A stretch of DNA of 9,261 nucleotides from a virus. Its lineage: Duplodnaviria; Heunggongvirae; Uroviricota; Caudoviricetes. Location of the stretch: IMG/VR virus record IMGVR_UViG_2657245500_000015. One strand, given 5' to 3'. Under the pieces are notes generated by a model that was not told where the DNA came from, made no database searches, and worked only from the letters and a program-made list of their open reading frames with translations. Numbering within the stretch: position 1 is the stretch's first letter; every line of letters begins with the position of its first letter. The position numbers and the translations under genes are program-made. Below, in pieces: positions 5,621 to 9,261 of the stretch.

Positions 5621-5650
5621 GCCCTAACTCATGATTAGGGCGTTTTCTTT
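5621..5650 (+). terminator. Rho-independent terminator
   Basis: Stem GCCCTAA (5621-5627) pairs with TTAGGGC (5635-5641), 7-nt loop, followed by GTTTTCTTT. About 220 nt downstream of the 5397 promoter. Confidence 0.55.
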
Positions 5651-5720
5651 AAGAGTTTTGAAACAGAGCTTTTAAAGAAAGTTTTCCTGAAACTTCGTTA
5701 ACGTTATAAGCAAACCTTCA

Positions 5721-5755
5721 AAGCCCTTCACAGATTATGTTTAGGGCTTTTCTTA
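5721..5755 (+). terminator. Second terminator-like hairpin
   Basis: AAGCCCT (5721-5727) pairs with AGGGCTT (5743-5749), 15-nt loop, followed by TTCTT. Weaker than the first because of the large loop. Confidence 0.3.
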
Positions 5756-5851
5756 ATAGAGCATCTTTAATAAATCGTTAAGTCATCTTCTAAGTGTATT
5801 GGCGTTGAAGGTGCTCTATTAAGAAATAACCACACTTAGAGGAAAAAAATA

Positions 5852-6562
5852 ATGACAAACGATATTTACATTAATGGCAAAGTGATTGATAGCTTCGGTG
5901 ACTGGTCACCACAGACTGAACATCCAGCTATCGCTATTCAGCGCAAAGAGCACGATGCGAGAATTGCACTTGAGCAATCGCTAAAGATGACACCAAAGGA
6001 AATTACCTTTGTGGCTCCTGAACCTCAAGAGATGCCCGATATTGGCAAAACTGAAGCATTATTTAATCTTGAGCGCGAATATTACCCACAGTTAAAAGAA
6101 CAGCGCCTTAGATTAGATGACGCTTACAGCAAAGTTACCTTGATGCAATCAGCTATTGAGCCGTCAGAATTTGAGATTCAGGATGAATTGTCACAGAAAC
6201 CATTTGTCTATTACCAATACGAAGACAATGATGGTTTTGGTACTTTTCCAGAAAACATCACAGGCGTGATTAGTAGTCTTCCTGATGGATATCGAATTGT
6301 GAAGATGGTTAAAGCTTCAAGAGGTGCTGGTCAGTTTATTTACATGACCAATAAGAGCGATGAAGAACTCCGTGAAATTGCCAGACAGAACATCTTGGCA
6401 TCACGTAACAAGCAACTTGAAAATGTTAAGTTGTATCTCTCAAGAGAGCTTCAGGCTATGAAAGAGCTTGTTAGTGAATATGAGTCGCAGAAGAAGATTG
6501 CTATGCAAGCCGATATTGAGCAGCTTACGAAGATTTCTCAGAAGTATAGCAAAGCGATTTAA
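5852..6562 (+). CDS. Hypothetical protein (236 aa, C-terminal predicted coiled coil)
   Basis: Long ORF with SD AGAGG at 5838-5842 and ATG at 5852. No family recognised. Confidence 0.75.
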   Translation: MTNDIYINGKVIDSFGDWSPQTEHPAIAIQRKEHDARIALEQSLKMTPKEITFVAPEPQEMPDIGKTEALFNLEREYYPQLKEQRLRLDDAYSKVTLMQSAIEPSEFEIQDELSQKPFVYYQYEDNDGFGTFPENITGVISSLPDGYRIVKMVKASRGAGQFIYMTNKSDEELREIARQNILASRNKQLENVKLYLSRELQAMKELVSEYESQKKIAMQADIEQLTKISQKYSKAI

Positions 6563-6578
6563 TTTAAGTGAGGTGAGA

Positions 6579-6794
6579 ATGATTGATTTGCAACAGCGTT
6601 ATGAAACTATTAAGTCGGCTTGTGAAAACTTAAAGTTACAAACCAAGCCAGCCTTAAGAATTAAAACCAAACATCAAATTATCACCTCACACAAACCAAA
6701 AACACGCAAGATTCCAAAGTGGTGTATTGACCGTATTCCTTCTGATGCTCAAATCATAGGTGAAACGGAATTACATTATCTTGTCCGACATTAA
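6579..6794 (+). CDS. Hypothetical small basic protein (71 aa)
   Basis: ATG at 6579 preceded by GAGGTGA at 6568-6574. The longer ORF from 6468 overlaps the preceding gene and lacks an SD. Confidence 0.5.
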   Translation: MIDLQQRYETIKSACENLKLQTKPALRIKTKHQIITSHKPKTRKIPKWCIDRIPSDAQIIGETELHYLVRH

Positions 6795-6821
6795 AAAAGA
6801 ATTGGTTGGGTAAAAATCAAC

Positions 6822-6863
6822 GGGAGAGATTATCGAGTGATATCGGTAGTTTCTCCCTTTTTT
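6822..6863 (+). terminator. Putative terminator hairpin with T-run
   Basis: GGGAGA (6822-6827) pairs with TCTCCC (6852-6857), followed by TTTTTT at 6858-6863. The loop is long (24 nt), so stability is uncertain. Confidence 0.4.
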
Positions 6864-6870
6864 GTATGTG

Positions 6871-6913
6871 TGCTACGTGAAATCTTCTGAACAGATATAC
6901 CCACCAAAAATTA
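6871..6913. repeat. Direct repeat copy R1 (TGCTACGTGA-AAT-CTTCTGAACAGATA...AAAAATTA)
   Basis: About 43 bp, near-identical to 9110-9152: blocks TGCTACGTGA (10/10), CTTCTGAACAGATA (14/14) and CAAAAATTA match, with a short variable linker. R1 is additionally bounded by the 7-bp inverted repeat GCTACGT (6872-6878) / ACGTAGC (6920-6926). Confidence 0.7.
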
Positions 6914-6954
6914 TTTTTTACGTAGCTCACGCTTAAAGAGGTGAAAAAATATGA

Positions 6955-9021
6955 ATGGCACAATTTAAAGTTGATGATTTTCTGATTGAGCTAGGTTTTA
7001 ACTCTCAGAGGGTTTTAAAAGGTCTGGAAAAAGCCGAGAAACAAACGATGCAGGTAGCATCACGAATTGAGAAGCGATTGAATAAAGCTTTTAAAGTTAA
7101 CCCTACGCCTTTAAATGATTCTCTCAAGGTCATGGAAAGAAATGTCGATAAAACTGTTTCCAAGATTGAGCAGCGTCTTAAAAACACTAAAGCGTTTAAG
7201 ATTAAAACGGAAATTGAGGATACTTTAAAGCCACTTAGACAACCGAGACAGCCACGAATTAGCGGAAGCAGAGCAATTACAGCAGCGCATAGCGTGAATA
7301 TGAGCAAGCTTCGTGACTTTAATCCTATGCTTGAGAAGTATTTTAAAAGCCAGTATTACAGCTTAAGCAGTAAATCCAAGACACTTGGAAACGAAGCTTT
7401 TAATCGTGAGTTAGCAAAATTAAATCAATCTCTTCGTGAAACACTTTCTAAGTTTAACAAGACCACCAGCAAAAATAATCACAGTGAAAATGCTTCGAAT
7501 GGTCTGGATGTATTAGCTACGAGTGCAATCAAAGCAGGTACAGCCATTTATAGTTTTCAGACAGCCTTAGAAGCTTACAGGCGGATTATGGAGGTTGGTC
7601 TGAAAAAAGAAGCATCACAACGAGCGGCACAATTCGTTTTAGGTGATGAAGGTGCTAAACGAGCTACAGAATTTGTTAAGAATCTTGCTGATAGTAGTGG
7701 TGTAGACCAGATTGAAACATTAAGCAGTTTTGCTAAGTTTTCCGCTGGTGCTGGTGATATGAATGCAGACCAGAAAGAATCCTTATTTTCTAATGTGATT
7801 GGTACATCCAGATTAATGGGGCTAAGCACCGATGAAATTAACGGGATTTTAAAAGCTTTCGAGCAGATGGCATCTAAAGGAAAGATTCAGGCTGAAGAGC
7901 TACGCGGTCAATTAGGTGACAGAATGGCAGGTGCTTTTCAGTTATTTGCCAGAAGTCTTGGGATGACTACGGAAGAATTAGACAAGGCTATGAAAGACGG
8001 TAAGGTTCTTTCTAAAGATGTTCTCCCTAAAGTATCCGCTGAAATGGGAAAGATGATTGATAAAGCGGGAGGATGGGAAAAGATTATTAACTCTACTCAG
8101 ACGCAGTTAGGCCGCTTAAGTAATTCATGGAATAATAATTTGGCCTTAATGTTCGATGGTTCACAGGAAGGTTTAACAGACTTTACAAGGTCACTGACTA
8201 ATTTACTTAATTCACTGGGTGGTCAATCTAAAAATCTTGGTGAACATTTTGGCGACTTGATGAAAAGCATGTCAAACGGTATTGATGATTTAACCACGAT
8301 TAGCTACCGAGTGCAGGGATTCTTTGACAGAGTGACCCTTGCTTACAGAGAATTAAATGACACTCAAAAAGCTGTAGCTGATGGTATCGCAAATGGCCTG
8401 TTAAGTGCATTAAAGGGACTTGCTGGTATTGTCGCTGTAAGGTCTGGTATTGGTGCTGTAGGTGGTATCTGGAACTTAATTAGGGCTATTTCCACGCTTG
8501 GGAATGTAGCAAATACAGCAGCAGGAAGAATTAATTCACGTTCTGGTGGTGTTGAAAGTGGAAAAAGTAGGCTATCTGTAGCTGATGCAATTACCAGAGT
8601 AATGATTGTCGGTATGACAACTGATGTGATTAATGCCATTGTCAAACCGTTCTATGAACGTCAGATGAGTAAGTCAGATAATCCGATTGATAAAGTTGTA
8701 AGGTCAAAGGTGGAACCCACAGACCAGGCATTAACTGGTGACATGAACTCTTTAGCCGCTGTTTTATGGGCTATGGTTCATGGCAAATCAAAAGATGTTC
8801 CACAGTTTTCACCTGAAGCATTAAATAATCTAAAAGGTCGAGTGGAAACATTCACACAAGATTTAAAGGTTATCAAGCCGTCAGTAAATATTCAGCCTCA
8901 GACAATCAATATCACAACTCAGACGGTACTTGATGGAAAGGTTATTGATGAAAGAACCACATCGCATATTAATCGTATGCAGGAAGATACCTTGATTAGC
9001 TCAGCTTACCCAGAGGAATAA
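6955..9021 (+). CDS. Tape-measure-domain protein (phage tail tape measure-like), 688 aa
   Basis: The segment FEQMASKGKIQAEELRGQLGDRMAGAFQLFARSLGMTTEELDKAMKDGKVLSKDVLPKVSAEMGK matches the conserved tape-measure domain pattern (SKGK.Q.EEL..QL..R.PGA.Q..A...G....EL...M..GK.L...VLP). A Gly-rich hydrophobic segment (GLAGIVAVRSGIGAVGGIWNLI) is typical of tape-measure proteins. SD AAAGAGGTGA at 6936-6945. Confidence 0.85.
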   Translation: MAQFKVDDFLIELGFNSQRVLKGLEKAEKQTMQVASRIEKRLNKAFKVNPTPLNDSLKVMERNVDKTVSKIEQRLKNTKAFKIKTEIEDTLKPLRQPRQPRISGSRAITAAHSVNMSKLRDFNPMLEKYFKSQYYSLSSKSKTLGNEAFNRELAKLNQSLRETLSKFNKTTSKNNHSENASNGLDVLATSAIKAGTAIYSFQTALEAYRRIMEVGLKKEASQRAAQFVLGDEGAKRATEFVKNLADSSGVDQIETLSSFAKFSAGAGDMNADQKESLFSNVIGTSRLMGLSTDEINGILKAFEQMASKGKIQAEELRGQLGDRMAGAFQLFARSLGMTTEELDKAMKDGKVLSKDVLPKVSAEMGKMIDKAGGWEKIINSTQTQLGRLSNSWNNNLALMFDGSQEGLTDFTRSLTNLLNSLGGQSKNLGEHFGDLMKSMSNGIDDLTTISYRVQGFFDRVTLAYRELNDTQKAVADGIANGLLSALKGLAGIVAVRSGIGAVGGIWNLIRAISTLGNVANTAAGRINSRSGGVESGKSRLSVADAITRVMIVGMTTDVINAIVKPFYERQMSKSDNPIDKVVRSKVEPTDQALTGDMNSLAAVLWAMVHGKSKDVPQFSPEALNNLKGRVETFTQDLKVIKPSVNIQPQTINITTQTVLDGKVIDERTTSHINRMQEDTLISSAYPEE

Positions 9022-9109
9022 ACAATGTTAGAGCTACTAATATTTATTGCCACACATGGCAATCTATTAATCTTTATCTAGTATGACGATTCAACTATGA
9101 ATAGTCGAA

Positions 9110-9152
9110 TGCTACGTGATTTCTTCTGAACAGATACCAACATCAAAAATTA
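9110..9152. repeat. Direct repeat copy R2
   Basis: Near-identical to R1 (6871-6913); lies 89 bp downstream of the tape-measure gene stop. It lacks the right-hand ACGTAGC inverted-repeat arm seen at R1. Confidence 0.7.
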
Positions 9153-9261
9153 GATGAACCGCCCCGGGTTTCCTGGAGAGTGTTTTATCTGTGAACTCAG
9201 GCTGCCAGATCATTGTTTCCGATGGAAGCATAATAAGCTTTTTCTGCTTCTGCCGGAGGAG
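9112..9261 (-). CDS. Possible 3' end of a minus-strand gene continuing beyond the window (partial)
   Basis: The minus-strand frame is open for 49 codons from the window edge to a TAG at 9112-9114 (...LIFDVGICSEEIT*). The last ~110 bp are about 50% GC by manual count, against roughly 40% elsewhere. A + strand frame from the ATG at 9154 is also open, so strand and reality are uncertain. Confidence 0.25.
   Translation of the reverse strand, partial: LLRQKQKKLIMLPSETMIWQPEFTDKTLSRKPGAVHLIFDVGICSEEIT

Noticed and set aside
6468-6794. Long form of ORF 6468-6794 overlapping the end of gene 5852-6562, considered as a programmed-frameshift product like phage G/GT tail chaperones
   Set aside because: The overlapping frame is +1 rather than the usual -1, I see no slippery heptamer in 6468-6562, and a good SD precedes the internal ATG at 6579, so an independent 71-aa gene is the simpler reading.
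7005-8645. Minus-strand ORFs 7005-7307, 7575-7829 and 8364-8645
   Set aside because: All are antisense within the tape-measure gene, whose + frame carries the conserved domain; typical shadow ORFs.
9047-9062. Palindrome TTGCCAcacaTGGCAA downstream of the tape-measure stop, as a terminator
   Set aside because: No clear T-run follows and the stem is AT-containing and short; could be an operator but is too weak to call.

Overview
AT-rich window that reads like part of a mobile genetic element (phage, phage-plasmid or satellite-like); no rRNA, tRNA or CRISPR array was recognised. Left to right: (1) a 340-bp repeat-rich non-coding spacer between convergent terminators; (2) a minus-strand serine recombinase of the resolvase/invertase family; (3) a long repeat-rich intergenic region, then a Dam-family N6-adenine methyltransferase whose C-terminus is an invertase-type GRP/HTH DNA-binding domain (apparent chimera); (4) a replication initiator with an origin-like array of four ~23-bp-spaced palindromic iterons plus an AT-rich tract inside its own coding sequence (lambda O/ori-like layout), translationally coupled to a small HNH-like ORF; (5) a module of small unknown genes: a minus-strand small hydrophobic ORF transcribed from a promoter whose -35 overlaps that of the divergent operon, an RHH-like protein coupled to an HTH protein, and a 107-aa protein coupled to a 25-aa hydrophobic peptide; (6) a consensus-like sigma70 promoter and intrinsic terminator about 220 nt apart (lambda pR'/tR'-like short-transcript unit), then a leader with interleaved inverted repeats; (7) two unknown genes and a 688-aa tape-measure-domain protein bracketed by a 43-bp imperfect direct repeat. 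The right-hand 110 bp is more GC-rich and may hold the 3' end of a minus-strand flanking gene. All family assignments come from motif recognition by eye, with no database search; I could not identify one complete named system, and the most unusual candidates are the methyltransferase-HTH fusion, the repeats flanking the tape-measure gene and the small-gene module.
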